A stretch of 61,992 nucleotides of DNA, filler included, from Nemertoderma westbladi (GCA_032718475.1; 3 parts of 3 records of this genome joined end to end with filler, not necessarily neighbours in it), one strand, 5' to 3'; positions 36,489 through 50,100 are shown, counted from the whole stretch's first letter. Translations and numbers: made by a program. The notes: generated by a model from the letters alone, not told the origin.

Positions 36489-37270
36489 CGCGTGTCCGTT
36501 CCACCCCTCACGAACCCCGAAGGGAACGATCATCGAGAACCAGCACGGCTTGGCTAAGGGTCGGTCCAGTCGGTAGACTCTGTCGCGTATCCGTACCACC
36601 CCTCTCGAACCCCGAAGGGTTCGGTCATCGAGAACCAGTACGGCTTGGCTAGGAGTCTGTCGTGTCGGTGGACCCGTTCGCGTGTCCGTTCCACCCCTCA
36701 CGAACCCCGAAGGGTTCGATCATCGAGAACCAGAACGGCTTGGCTAGGGGTCCGTCAGTTCATCACAGAAACCCAACCACCTAGGCTTTCCGAGTCCGTT
36801 TCAGGCTCGTAGTCGCTTCGGCAGCCGAGAAACTGCTCCGAACAGTCGGTAGGCCAGTAGAGTCTAGTCGAGTCTAGTCCTTTGTCTTTCGACCCCATCG
36901 CGTGTCCGTTCCACCCCTCACGAACCCCGAAGGGAACGATCATCGAGAACCAGCACGGCTTGGCTAAGGGGTCTGTCGTCGGTTCCCGTCGCAAATCCCA
37001 GTCAAGCAGTCAGCGTTCCGAGTTCTTTTCAGGCTCGTAGTAGCTGCTGTTGACCCGAGACCGCTAAGGGCAGTCCTTGTCAAACCAGTCCTGTGGCCAG
37101 CCCTTTCGCATGTCCGTCCCACCCCTCACGAACCCCGAAGGGATCGGTCATCGAGAACCAGTACGGCTTAGGTCAGGGGGCAGTCGTTAGTTGGCCACCT
37201 GTTCGCGTGTCCGCTCCACCCCTCACGAACCCCGGGGTTCGATCATCGAGAACCAGAACGGCTTGGCTAC
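36489..37270 (-). repeat. Six ~68 bp kink-turn hairpin repeats upstream of gag
   Basis: Copies at 36489, 36584, 36679, 36899, 37107 and 37204. The sense strand reads CUC-GAU-GA-N-stem(cUUCGg)-N-GA-GGG. Confidence 0.8.
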
Positions 37271-37759
37271 TAAGGGGCCGTCGGTGCCCGTCGCAAATCC
37301 CTGACACAAGCAGTCAGCGTTCCGAGTTCTTTTCAGTCTCGTAGTAGCTGCCGTTGGCCAGGGACCGCTAAGGGCAGTCCTTGTCCTTTAGGCCTGGCGC
37401 ATTACCAAATCCACCCCTACAGGCAGCAGGAAGTTGGCCAGGGCCTAATAGTACTCAGGCTAACCTGAATACTGCTTGCATTTTCCATCCCCCCTGGCCC
37501 TTATAACTATGAAATTATTCCCGTACCCTGTAAGTTGCCCCAAAGTTCGCCCATAAATCGCCCCCAGTTTATTGAATGTGCCCAAAACCCATGGTCCCGC
37601 ACCCAGTAGTAATATCGGAATAATCAATTTTAATATAAATACAAAAATATTCAACTCGCGTTATGGAAAGTTGAAATACCGCGAACAAAAAGTTCGTCGA
37701 TACTGTAGATTTCCATACCTGCATGATTCCGGAGAGGTTGAGTTTAGTTTGGAATTTCT

Positions 37760-38882
37760 TCTGACCTGCAAATATGTCCTTGGCTAAGTCCTTGTCAATA
37801 AAGGTGCATGTAACACCTGAATCAAGGAGGGCGTTAATAAATAAACTCTTACCTTGTCCATGTATCCTGAGCTGCACCACTCGTACGCCGCTTGATGGTT
37901 GCGAGACCTTCCATGAGAGATGTTTATCCGGAATGGATAGTTGGATTTCCTCTCCATCGGTTGTCGCCTCGTGGGTAAGGGCTCGGTATACGGTCGTGTT
38001 GATCATATAGCAGGATTCGTTTTCATCGGAAAACTCGTCTGTATAGAATCCTTCCATCTCCAAACTCTGGTCAGTGTCATTCACGTCGCCGAATTGGACG
38101 TGCAACTCGGGTTCACTCACCTTGTCAAACTCGCTATGTAATAACGAGTGATGTTTAGCTCCACACTTAGCATACCTAGCGTCTGAATAGCAAGTTTTCC
38201 TCTGATGTCCTCTCCTCAGACAATTGTAACATAACCTCTTATCCCATGTTACACTACGCCTGTCCATGAGGTCTTTCTTCAAGAATTCCTCACACTTACT
38301 TAAATGATGAGGCCCTTCACATGACACACACTTAGGCTTAAGATTAGTTACCTTTGGTTGGACTGTGTTCTGCACATGAGTTCTTTCTTCGGGCTTCTTA
38401 CTATGAATCCTCTTAGGTGACGTTGGAGGAGTCTTAAGTTGTTATCTTTACTCCCATTTTGTTTGACTCTTATACTCAGTATAACATACAGGAGTTACTC
38501 TTTTCCTAGCGATTGGTTTCTCGCTTACTTTGGTCTTAGGAGTTTTCTCCCTAGACTGTTTAATTAGCTGTAATCTTGCCTCTCCTGTTAGGAAATACAT
38601 AAGGTCCGCCATTGTAGGATCTCTCTTATGCTGGTCCTCCAAGTATAGCACCTTTTTGTCATAACGAGTACCTACTCTGCCCTTTGGCAAAGATGCCACT
38701 ACAGCTCCTACCACTATAGAACTTTGGTACTCATGAGATTTACCTAACCATTCTAACTGTCTACAGATCTCCTGAACCTCATCGGAAAACTCTATAATTC
38801 CATTGCTAGGGAATTTCCTGGGCGATACTAATTTTGCATACAAGTATCTAGCCTCATCGCCCATATCTTTGTCTCCCGCCAA
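37760..38882 (-). pseudogene. Fragment of a third BEL/Pao gag-protease
   Basis: CVSC...H....C and LCYNCLRRGH....C knuckles, HHSLLH, protease ALLDSG; truncated on both sides. Confidence 0.85.
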
Positions 38883-38939
38883 AAATTTACTTCTCTCCTA
38901 TTGGCCAATCTCTTGCTGACACTATTCCTACCTCTCCTC

Positions 38940-40640
38940 GCCGCCCCACTTGCCATATAACAAACACCCCGTCCCAACTCGTTTTCATTAATTGAAACCA
39001 CCCCTGTTGAAGTTGAATTTAATTTACTACAGCTAGATCCTCACACGTCTTCCAATGACGCTTTTCCAACGCAATTACTTACTCTGGCCGCCAAACCTTT
39101 ATCCTCAGTTACTTATTTAACCTATCTATTTCCCACGGTTTTTTCCCCTATTCTTTAAAATTGGCTAAAGTTATCCCTGTTTTTAAATCAGGAAACAACT
39201 CTGATTTAAATAACTACCGCCCGATCTCGCTCCTGCCTATCCTTAGCAAAATATTTGAAAAAATAATTAACTCCTACCTCCAAAAATTTTCAATCCTCTC
39301 CGCATTCCAATTCGTTTTCCGCCTGAAGACATCCACATCCCAGGCTCTACTATCTGTCGTTGAAAAGTTACATGAATCCCTTGACGAAAAAAACTTATCT
39401 TGCATTATATATATATCGATTTAAAAAAAGCCTTCGACACCATAAACCATGATATCCTTCTCCAAAAACTCGCTTGCTACGGTATCCGGGGCACACCACT
39501 CCAACTATTCTCCAGCTACATATCTTCTCGTTACCAACAAGTTTGCATTGGTGACCAAACCTCTTCCTACCTCCCCATTCAGACCGGAGTACCGCAGGGT
39601 GCTACACTATCCCCTATCCTATTCCTCCTATATATGAATGATCTCCCTGACTGTACTAGACTTTTTGCTACTCTCTTTGCTGACGACACCACCTTATATG
39701 CTATGGATACTAACCTACTACGACTTGCTGACTTTGTTAACTCTGAACTCGATACACTCTCTGATTGGCTGTCAGACAACAAACTTTCTCTAAACCTAAC
39801 TAAAACCGAATTTACCTTCATATCTAACAGACGATTTAACCCTCTTGACTTCCCAATCCAAATTCATAGTAAACCCATCTCTTTTAAAACTTCAACTAAA
39901 TTTTTAGGTATCTTTGTCGACAATAATCTATCTTGGAAATCCCATATAAACTCTATAATTAAGAAAATCGCGAAAACTGGTGGCTTATTATATAAACTTC
40001 GTCATATATTTCCTCTAAACATTCTATGCAATCTTTACTTCTCCCTAATCCATCCTTATTTACTATATGACATTTTAATTTGGGGTAATACCCATCACTC
40101 CTCTCTCAAACCTTTACGAACCAAAATTAACAAAATTATCCGATGCATCACATTTTCTCACTACCGATCATCATCAAACACTATCTATAAATCGTTATCC
40201 ATCTTACCTCTCCAGCTACTCTACAATCACCAAACAGCTACACTTATGTACGATATTATCAACAATACAATTCCCACCACTTCACCCATAGGTAAAATTT
40301 TCAAAAAAATATCCCACGGCTACTCCACTCGCTTGGCTACCACCTCTGGTTTCATAGTTCCCAAAGTCCGAACGTTCTATTCGCTTCCAGGGCCCATCCA
40401 TCTGGAACTCGATCCCCGCTGACATCAAGTTCAAGAAAACAAAGCAAACCTTCTCTAAGTCCTACAAAATGCATCTTTTAAATTCCCTATCTACTTCCAA
40501 AAATTAAATTTTTTTTCTTTTTTTTAATTGTTTTTAAAATTACAACGTCCTGCAAAAAGATAAGTAACTGTCCACCTCGGTGGTTTTTAAATAGCTACAA
40601 TCTATTGGCCACAAACATTAGTCATTAAAAAAAAAAAAAA
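38940..40640 (+). mobile_element. 5'-truncated CR1/L2-group LINE, RT region
   Basis: AKVIPVFK, NYRPISLL, DLKKAFDT, GVPQG, FADDT, KFLG; frameshifted; A-run near 40628-40640. Confidence 0.88.
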
Positions 40641-40899
40641 GCAACTATAAATAATTGAGTAACAAAACGCACCCCCCCCCCCCCCCCCCCCCCCCGCTTA
40701 CGACCTAGGCTCCACTAGCTCCGCTATATTACCTGGGTCTTTGCCATTAACTATTTAATATTTAACTATTTATTATACAGTATATCTGAATATAGGCCTA
40801 CCGGTAAGTATTACTATAGATACTATTACAGTATTAGTCCATAATTATTGGATTTAATACAGTACATAAAATTTATACAATATTGTTTCTGGCTGCACC

Positions 40900-41360
40900 A
40901 CCTCGACCACGACCCCTCGCTGCGCCACCCCGAGCCCCAACGGTCAGACAGTCGCTCCTGGACCGCGACCTGGGGGACCATGCCGCTCCCCAGCTGCGCC
41001 ACCTCGATCGTGGCCCCTCACTTCGTCACCCTGAGCCCCAACAGCCGCTCCCAGACCGCCACCTGGGGGACCATGCCGCTCCCCAGCTGCGCCACCTCGA
41101 CCGTGGCCCCTCACTTCGTCGCCTTGAGCCCCAACAGCCGCTCCCGGACCGCCATACCTGGGGGACCATGCCACTCCCCAGCTGCGCCACCTCAACCGTG
41201 GCCCCTCACTTCGTCGCCCTGAGCTCCAATTAACGGCCGCTCCCGGACCGCCACCTGGGGGACCATGCCGCTCCCCAGCTGCGCCACCTCGACCGCGGCC
41301 CCTCACTTCGTCGCCCTGAGCCCCAACGGCCGCTTCTGGACTGCCACCTGGAGGACCATG
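40900..41360. repeat. 93 bp GC-rich tandem repeat (~4.5 copies)
   Basis: gaccgccacctgggggaccatgccgctccccagc starts at 40961, 41054, 41147, 41246 and 41339. Confidence 0.9.
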
Positions 41361-41946
41361 CCTTTCCGGGCTTCACCCACCCAACAATGTACCACCCTCC
41401 GGCATCGTTTATGTGGCTAACGCTTAGGTGGACGAAGTCCTCCATCTCGTCGACGATGTCGATCTCCATATCCGTAAGAGATGTACGCAACGTCTCTGTC
41501 GTAACAAAGAGAGAACTGAATCTCCTCAACTTGAAAGGGGCAACCTTGAAGTCCTGGATACCGGTGGAAGTTACCTCCAGGGCGAAGACCCAGTTCGAAG
41601 TGGCTGCCGTGGATAGGCAGGAGCACGAAACTCCAGTCCTGGAGTCGCACAGAGGCCCCGTGCACACGGGGTCATCGTAATAGACGACGTCACCGCGAAG
41701 GCAACCATCCCGCAGTGGACGAAGGATGGAGGGAGATGGAATTCCCTTCTCTCTTCGAAACCTCCTCAACGGGGATGACGACATCTTTGGTTGATATCAC
41801 GGGCAAGGAACTCTCCCCCTCGAACCGCGGGTTTATTATTGCAATATACCCGCCAACACTCACGTCCCGCAGAAACGCGAGGATAGACCCGACCTCCGCC
41901 ACCGTTTGAAGAACCAGCGCAAAAAGTTTGCCAGTCTCGACACATC
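41360..41946 (-). pseudogene. Unknown Cys-containing protein fragment (one frameshift)
   Basis: Acceptor-like ttcttttacag, then protein-like text CTGPLCD...CSC...INDAGGWYIVGWVKPG across ORFs 41690-41965 and 41230-41784. Confidence 0.45.
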
Positions 41947-42699
41947 TGTAAAGAAAATATTTCAATGTGTTAATATTTGTAGTTAATTATTTCATTTTTG
42001 CTTAATTTCAAGATCCCCGTTTAAGTAAAAAAACCGCTAATTTATATTACGAATCCAATATGTTTTAGTACTGTGGCAGTCTGGCAGCATTACAATGGTG
42101 TGATTGTGGCGCAGATTGACCGCAAGTAAAAAATGTTATCTGCAGGGCAAATTTATTGTAAGTGAAATAAAGCGCTGTTTATTGTTTTGGTTAGGGGACA
42201 ATGTATCTGTAACCTACTGCTTTCCCTGAATGTTCTAAATTAAATACATTTTGTAGACACACTAAACACATTTGATATTTGCGGTCATTTTGCGCCATTA
42301 ACTCTTAAATAGTTTGATAATATTATGAAGAACGCTATGATGTCCGCTGTTACGTTTCACTTTGCGATTTACGCCCAATTAGTGTCAATAGAATTTACCG
42401 TAACGAACTGAGCGCTATAAAATATAAAAATAATGGGGATTAAATACATTTAGATTTAAGTTCACCAAATTTACTAGACATAAAAGTCTATTCTATTCAC
42501 AATATTTTATTGTCAAAAATTATTATAAAATATCTTTCTATTTTATTATATGCCAACGCTAACAAAATCCCTATCTCCTAATATCTAAAAAATTACTAAC
42601 CATTGCACGGCCTCAAAAATTATTTTGATTTAATTTTATATATTGTTTTTTTGCGAGTAATTTTGTATCGCATCCGATACAGGAAATGAAATGAAATTA

Positions 42700-43800
42700 A
42701 GAACCTGGAGGAAGATATTGAACTTGGACATACATATTCGCTACAAGAGTTCTTAGACGAATGCTTTCAAAGACAAGCGGAGGAGAATCAGCTCGAGGAG
42801 AAACATATCGAAATGGACGAGAGAGAAGAAGCAGCTTTAGCCCAACCTGAAGCTCAAATCCTTATGAATGATCTCTATTCCAAAACCACCATTCATCCTT
42901 TGATGGTTCCTCATTTCGGAGATCAACTCTTCGCGACAACACAACCTCAACCGGTTGATATCAACTTAAGAGCTTGAGATCTTATCGCTGACGCTCCTAT
43001 GTTACAACGTCCGCCGATCGAAGCTGCTCATCTTGAAGGTTTACTCATTGAACCTCTGGACAATCGAGCGGATCTTGTCCGTCGTATGGTACACGAGGTT
43101 AACATACGCTCTAGACCTTTACAGAACTCATTTTACGGGATCAAAGATCATCCCTATTATGTCCATTTGACTCAATATTACATGGTGAAACCCGAAGATC
43201 ATACACATAGTTTAAAGTTTCTACCATTGATAAATCCCCTCGATCTTGTTGAACTCGAACAACTACAAAAACATTTAGATCAATTGGTTAAAGTAAACTC
43301 ATTTAGAAAACCTTATAATGTTCCAAGAATAGAAAATGACGTAATACCTCCATATAATCTCGATGGATTTATTAAAACTCGATTAGTCCATTGGAATTTA
43401 TATGTATTGTCTGAGGAAGAAGGAATGCGTTGAGTTATTCATAATGAACTGAATTACAACAAGTTCATAGACGACCATATGAATATAAAGCCAGGGAACG
43501 CGAATTAGAGAGAACAATTAAAACTGAGAAAATTTCTCACTACACACGGTCAACCTACCACTATCGTGCAGACAACCCATCAAGGACCAGTACGAGCTGC
43601 CGTCCTGAAACGAGCCCTAAAGGTTGTCCAATCCCGATCCACCGATGTCAACATCGATCAACCGGGTACCTCGACCGGCGGATACACCGACCGTAATCCA
43701 AACCCTTCCGATGCAATTCATTTTACGCAATGCGCTAAATACTCTAAAAAGCTTAGAATTGTGCAACTACGCGTCTGTCAAGAAACACAGGGAGTTGGGA
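42700..43800 (+). pseudogene. Degenerate ORF of unknown origin, possibly the 3' part of an LTR element
   Basis: Protein-like frames interrupted by stops (42999-43433, 43566-43832); purine-rich agggagttggga followed by TG at 43801. Confidence 0.3.
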
Positions 43801-46204
43801 TGACGAAATCTACCAGCTGTTTCTTTGTGTGAGAAATGTTCCCTTGTTGACATATTTCAGCCAATCAGAGCAATCTCCCCTGCCCTGTTAATAGCGGCCT
43901 ACGGAAAATGACGCATGCGGCACTTTTTCCAAGAATCCTACCTCATTCAGGATTCATTCTGAAGTTCTGACGTTTCAGACATTTCCCAAAAAGATCAGAG
44001 GCTAGAGTCATAAGAACGCAAATCTATTAACGCATCATACATACCATTGCATATTTCATACGCATATCATACCAGTCACATTGCATATCACACTGTATAC
44101 TGACTCTTTTTCACCGCACTGCTTTAATATACTGCTTTATATTGTTGTTAATTGCTGTTTATATTAATGGATGTTATATTTGGAGAATACTGATAAATAA
44201 TCGTAAACCCCTCAACTTTCTTAATTACTGAGGTAAGCAGAAGGGTGTACCGGTAGCAATTGCGACTCAAATTATAGTGGTTTTGTGTGAATTAAATGCT
44301 ATTTCATAATCCCTACGTATGTCAGTTGCAATCCTCCTTATATATGATCAAAATCAGTGACGGTCGGCAAATCAGTGTGCATTAGTGTGAAGGTTAATAA
44401 AGCATTCCTAAAGAATGCGCGATTTGCGACACACTATAGCCTCCAGTTGTGATTAGTGTAAGTCATAAAACTCTGTTTGATACTTAAGCGCCACGTCCCA
44501 AAGGAACTGTTAACAGGTTAATATTTCCCCGAAAGTAAATATAGTTGTCGGAGATTATATATAGTAGCGATCAATCGAATAGTACAAAGTAGCCTACTGC
44601 AATAACTTTTTCTAGAACCGAATCCAGTCTCCCACACCGTGGGTCATACGCCGAGCATAGACTGGTTTCAACTGATGTCAATTGGCAAGGGCAATAGTCG
44701 ATTTAATTAACTTAAATTAGCAGGTTAAACTGTTAAAGGTCTAAAAATAGATATGGAATACTGGAATAAAGGTAACCTGAACTTTTTCGAAGTTAGCAAT
44801 ATTCCCATTCGCAATATTCCATTCTCATTGACTTTGTGTTAAATAGGAATAACGTGATTGGTTGCTGCTTAGTAGCAGCTTTCTACAACCGCATCACATG
44901 TTTTATACAAAATATAATAATATTAACTGGAAATGCCATGATCTAAGCAACAACCAGTATTTCTGTATTTACCATCATACCTGTCTGCCTGTACCAGTGC
45001 GCAGTGGCAGTACAGCAGTAGTGGTCAGCCGGTACCGGTACATATTGTCAACGTCAAGTATACATCAGTCTGTCAGTACAATGCAGCAATGATACAGACA
45101 TGCTGATATACTGATACAGGCAAGGCGACTTCGTTTACCGGTACGCAGTGCTGCATTCGGCAGTGCAGCATTACCGGCTGTTCTCGGTACTAAACTGCTA
45201 AACTGACAGCTGACAAAGGAATTAAATATCGTCCTACGGTAACTCTTAATACTGTAATATCATAAATAATATCATCTGATAACAGGATAGGCCTAATCTG
45301 ATAATGCTGTAATGCTGCAATGATGGAAACCAGATCCTACTGCTGAACTGCCAAATGACAGAATGATGAATGAGTCTAAAGCTAAAGAGGACAATGTGAC
45401 TAATAAAAAGCGAAGGACACCATTGAAAAGTCCATCACTGACGCTAGATGGCACACGCCCTGGCTGTCCATTACGTCTAAAGGTTAGATTTTATAATATC
45501 TGAATATAGCAGTATAGGGCCTAATACTGTAATAATAATAATAGGCCTACTTTCTTTTATTTCCATAACCCAAATATATATACCCCTACTGCCCTAGGCC
45601 TATATAATATTTAGGCCCTATATGCAGATATATATATATAATAGCCCTACTGTCTGTGAGTCTCTGACTAATAAGTAATATAAACAAATAACTGGCAGAC
45701 TGGATAAATGATGAAAGGCAAAAGGAGGAAGCACCGTCAGACCGTACAACAGTACAACCGTACGACCCTGGGCAATCACGAATCAGGTAATGTCACAAAT
45801 CAGCAAATCCGTACCCTTGGATATAATTTTTTTGCTCGAAATCAGGTCTTTCTGGGAAAAGACTCAGACTTTTTTTTTCAAAATTCAGTTACTAGCCGGT
45901 CTCCGTGGGAAAACACTGATATTTTCGGGAATTTTACGAATTCGGGAAAAAAACTAGAATTCGGGAAAATAATTAAAATTTTTTTTTTAAAACTAGCCCT
46001 ATGTTATATTTTTTTACAGGCATAACAGCATAAGGGGCATTAGAGGCTTTTCTAACCAAAACAATGAACGATATTTAACCATTAATGATTAAAACAACAG
46101 GTCAGGGTGTCTATATATTGTAGTGAAATACTTTAAATACCGGTACTACTAGTAATAAAATACTACTGAGGAAAATACTTTAGAATAGAAAATACATTAG
46201 ACAT

Positions 46205-46695
46205 TTGGAATAAAGTAAAATTCAGAAAAAAACAAAAATCAATGATTATGTTTCGTGCTGCGCGAAGCGGAAAAAGATGACATTGAAATTTTTTTGTTTT
46301 AAGTTGGTCACTATAGGTTGAAAAATGACTGTTAAATGTTTTGGAGCGTTCCCACAAGATTTGGCGAGGGGGGAACGGTTTGAAAAATAGTAAAATTCAG
46401 AAAAAAAACAAAAATCAATGATTATGTTTCGTGCTGCGCGAAGCGGAAAAAGCTGACATATTGAAATTTTTTTTTTTAAGTTGGTCACTATAGGTTGAAA
46501 AATGACTGTTAAATGTTTTGGAGCGTTCCCACGAGATTTGGCGAGGGGGGAACGGTTTGGAAAAAGTAAAATTCAGAAAAAACCAAAAATCAATAATTAT
46601 GTTTCGTGCTGAGCGAATCGGAAAAATATGACATATTTAAATTTTTGTTTTAAGTTGGTCACTAGGCTATAGGTTGAAAAATGACTGTTAAATAG
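46205..46695. repeat. ~176 bp tandem repeat, ~2.8 copies
   Basis: agtaaaattcagaaaaaa...tttcgtgctgcgcgaagcggaaaa near 46214, 46389 and 46565. Confidence 0.9.
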
Positions 46696-47094
46696 TAGGC
46701 GACATTGGCCCCAAGAAATGTTCATGGAAGTTTACCATCCATGCTGGAACTCAGGTACCGGGAATGATTTGGCGAATAGTTGACTGGCTGGAAGCCATCA
46801 AAATAAACAAAATATAAATAGTGTGGTGTGGTATATCTAATATAATCATTGCTAAATTTAATTGATCTTAACATAAGGTGGTTTTATAGTTTTGGTACAA
46901 AATCATTTCTTTGTTTTTTTGTTATTGAAAGTTTAGCAAGCTTAACATTGGGGGGAGTTTGTAACGAAAGAAATGATGATATATATAACAAAGTAATTTT
47001 ATCCTCTCTCAAAACGTTGTAAAAAGACCTTAAGGCTCGCCCCTTTCAATATAACGACTTTAGAGTCAATATTAATAATATAAGTAGGAAATCG

Positions 47095-49135
47095 AAGTAA
47101 GCCTTAAGTTAGTTAAGTTAAGTAAGCCTAAGTTAAGTAAGCCTAAGTTATATATATATATATGTTTATTGACTAATATCCGACAAAAGACATTATTATC
47201 ATTAAATATTTGACATATTATGAAATATAAACTTAGTGAAACTAAATAACTTTAGATCTAAAATTAGTCCCTTCAAATTAGTAACTTGAAAATGTCCCAG
47301 TTATTGTCTCGAGTTAGTGTCTTTGCAGTTCTTTGAAAATCTCAGAAATTATTTTGACGATTCTTTCCCCGTTGTTTAATAACATAAATTCTGCTACCGT
47401 GGAGTAGGATTTTCCCCCCAATATATCTTTCGTCAGTGAACAACCCGATAACACGTGTAATTCGTTCTGTACCGACGATCCATCACATTTGCAGACTCGT
47501 TCTTCTCTAGGAACACGTGTCCACCTTCCTGTCTCTACCCTTAAGCGATGCGCGCTTAAACGAAATCTCGTAAAATTGATCCTGTTCTGCTCGTGTATGT
47601 ACGGTTTCTGCTGATTATATACCTTGTGGATAGTTAGATTAGGGTTTATTTCCAGGTAAGTTGCCAATTTAGTGTGCATATGTGCAGTATCTTTAATTCT
47701 ACTCTTTAAACCATTAATATTTCTAGCTATTATATTACCTTCCGTCAGTTCTAACTTATTTAGATATTTAAAAGCGCGGGTGTTCCCTGTTTTTGCCAGA
47801 TGATACGCGATGTGTGCAGGATCTTCTCGGTGCCACGATTTCTTGAGTCTTCGGATAGAGTTTCTAATATTATTGTCGATGACGGATCCTACCTCGGCCA
47901 TACCAATCTCTGTATAGCACAGCACATTCGGTGTTGTTGTTTTAACGCCTAAAAGTATTTTTATCAGTTTACTATATATCTTTTCAATTTCCTTTCTCCC
48001 CGTATTGCTAACCAGGTATCGCTGGAATACAGTATCGCTGCCGTTACAGCACAGTCAAGCACCTTTTTCTTTAGACAGAAAGGCATATTTGGATTGTTGG
48101 CACAAAATGCTGCAAACTTGGCTACCTGTTTTTTACTTTCACCTGCGTGTAAATTTATCACTGATTCTATTCTACCATCCTGTGTGAAGAAACCACCCAG
48201 GTAAACATATTTATCTGTATTAATTATTTGTACACTTCCGCATAACAATGGTTGTTTATCAGCTATAAATCCATTTATAACCATGAACTTACTCTTCTTT
48301 TCATTGATTACCATATTATGTGACCTACAGAATTTATCTAAAATATTTAGCTTTTCTATACAACTCTCTCGGTTCTCAGCTAAAATAGCAGTATCGTCCA
48401 TGAACAGGAGAAGATGCAAGGCTCCTAGGTATGTGTTAGTAGATGTTAGTGAATCAAACATGGCGACTAGGACATCAATGTAAAGAGTGAATATAAATAA
48501 ACTTGATGGCGCTCCTTGACGCAAACCGCTGTCGACACGAATATCAATTGATCTAAGGTTTAAAAACGTCGTCCTATATATTGCTTTTATTGCGTTAATC
48601 ATATTAAATCCACAACCGAGAAAAAGTAACTTGGATATAAGAGTAGACCTAGAGACTCTATCATAGGCTTTACTGAAGTCGATGAAGATGATGAATAGTT
48701 TTTTGTTCTTGGTGTAAGCATAATCGACAACCAAGCGTAGAGCAAGTATCTGTTCATAACATGATCTCCCTTTTTGACCGCCCGCTTGAGCTCTTCACTG
48801 TTTGTACCATCTCACTAGTCTGTTCGCTAAAACGTAGTCATAAATCTTTGCTAGAGAGTCCATAATCGTGATTCCACGGTAATTGTTACAGTTAAAACGA
48901 TCACCTGTTTTATACAAAATACTTAATAAGCTGTATGCCCAAACTGCCGGTAAGCATCCGAATATGAATATCGCATTCAATATAAATGTAATCAATACCA
49001 CAATATTCACTGGTAGATCCTTCCAAAGAGGTGATGAAATTCCTAGCGCTGCCTTGTTCGCTTTTATTGAGTTTATCGCCTCGTCCACTTCCTGTGGTTG
49101 TATCGGGTCATCCAGGAGTGGTATAACTGGAGCCT
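47095..49135 (-). mobile_element. 5'-truncated LINE (RT + C-terminal CCHC), frameshifted
   Basis: NNYRGI, FIDFSKAYD, GLRQG, FMDD, YVYLG, CKC....NELHVLSGC; AATAAA plus a simple-repeat tail at ~47095-47171. Confidence 0.88.
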
Positions 49136-49211
49136 ATAAAAAAATATAACTATACAGCTGTAATCCCCATGCAACATTCCATTATAGTTTTTAATTAGTT
49201 CAAGTGATTTG

Positions 49212-50100
49212 GGGTGTAAACGTTACGCCGACAGCAGAAAGCCGACAGCAGAAAGCCGACAACCGATAGCAGAAAGCCGACAACCGACAGCAGAAAGCCG
49301 ACAGCAGACAACCGACGGTTGTCACCGCGTTTTTAAACGCTTGTAGCTAAAGATTGAAAGCAAAAATAAAAATTCTGGTTCACCCAGTAAGAGGTCGGGA
49401 AATGAAACTATCCCTGTTTCAAATTTCATGAAATCTCATTAAGATTTGTAGAAAATTTAGGGGGGCGGTTGGGGGGGGGGGGGGGGTGTCACTGAATTAC
49501 GACACTATATTCCGGGACATACATGGTATACTGTGTGACATTTTTTTTTTACATTGCTACCCTTATTACCGGTATGCAGTACAATTTAATGCAATACGTT
49601 CAATGTGTAGTCCCATAAGGGCCCAATTAGAAAGTTAACGTCATTGGCGGGTTGTGGTGTTTTAGTATCCATAGTAACAGGAGCATGTTACAAGCAAAGT
49701 AATACAATGCTTAATCGTGCCAGCCTGTTTCGTTAGGCAGCTAGTGAGTGCTATTAAGTAAATTGATCTTTCAATTATATTGGAAGTGTAAAGAAGGTTA
49801 CTTACTAATATCACTGCTATATTACGGATAGCCAGTAATCGTCAAGCAACATGACCTTCCAATCAACTCTGACATGCTAACACTGCTGTCTTATGGATAG
49901 TCAGTATTCTTCAATGGTAGTGTATTTAATAATCTTATTTCGGTGTTAAAGATAGTTCATTAACTTAAATAATGTACGCTTAATTTATTTTATAAGTATA
50001 GAGTTTAATGCCCATCTGAAGAATACCAGGATTTCACTTTTCGGTCGACTTTGACGTTGTCGGCTGTCGGTTGTCGGCTGTCGGCGTAACGTTTACACCC
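49212..50100. mobile_element. Mutator-like MITE
   Basis: TIR gggtgtaaacgttacgccgacagc at both ends, subterminal ccgacag repeats, and a 9 bp TSD AGTGATTTG (49203-49211, 50101-50109). Inserted in a copy of the 15.7-16.3 kb repeat. Confidence 0.88.

Larger units (their letters stand above)
26805..37430 (-). mobile_element. BEL/Pao element 2 including leader repeats and putative extra ORFs; LTRs not identified
   Basis: Co-oriented gag-pol; no PPT/LTR seen between pol and the exonuclease ORF; a 27-nt identical motif at 27510-27536 and 37317-37343 links the two ends. Boundaries are approximate. Confidence 0.6.

Noticed and set aside
36489-37270. CRISPR/TIGR-like guide array or SECIS elements
   Set aside because: The sequences between repeats resemble one another rather than being unique; the stem is short and capped by UUCG, with no SECIS AAR loop.
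45363-45482. Upstream ATAD5 exon (MMNESK...PLRLK|gttaga)
   Set aside because: Phase-compatible with 52335, but with no recognisable homology; cannot be supported without transcripts.
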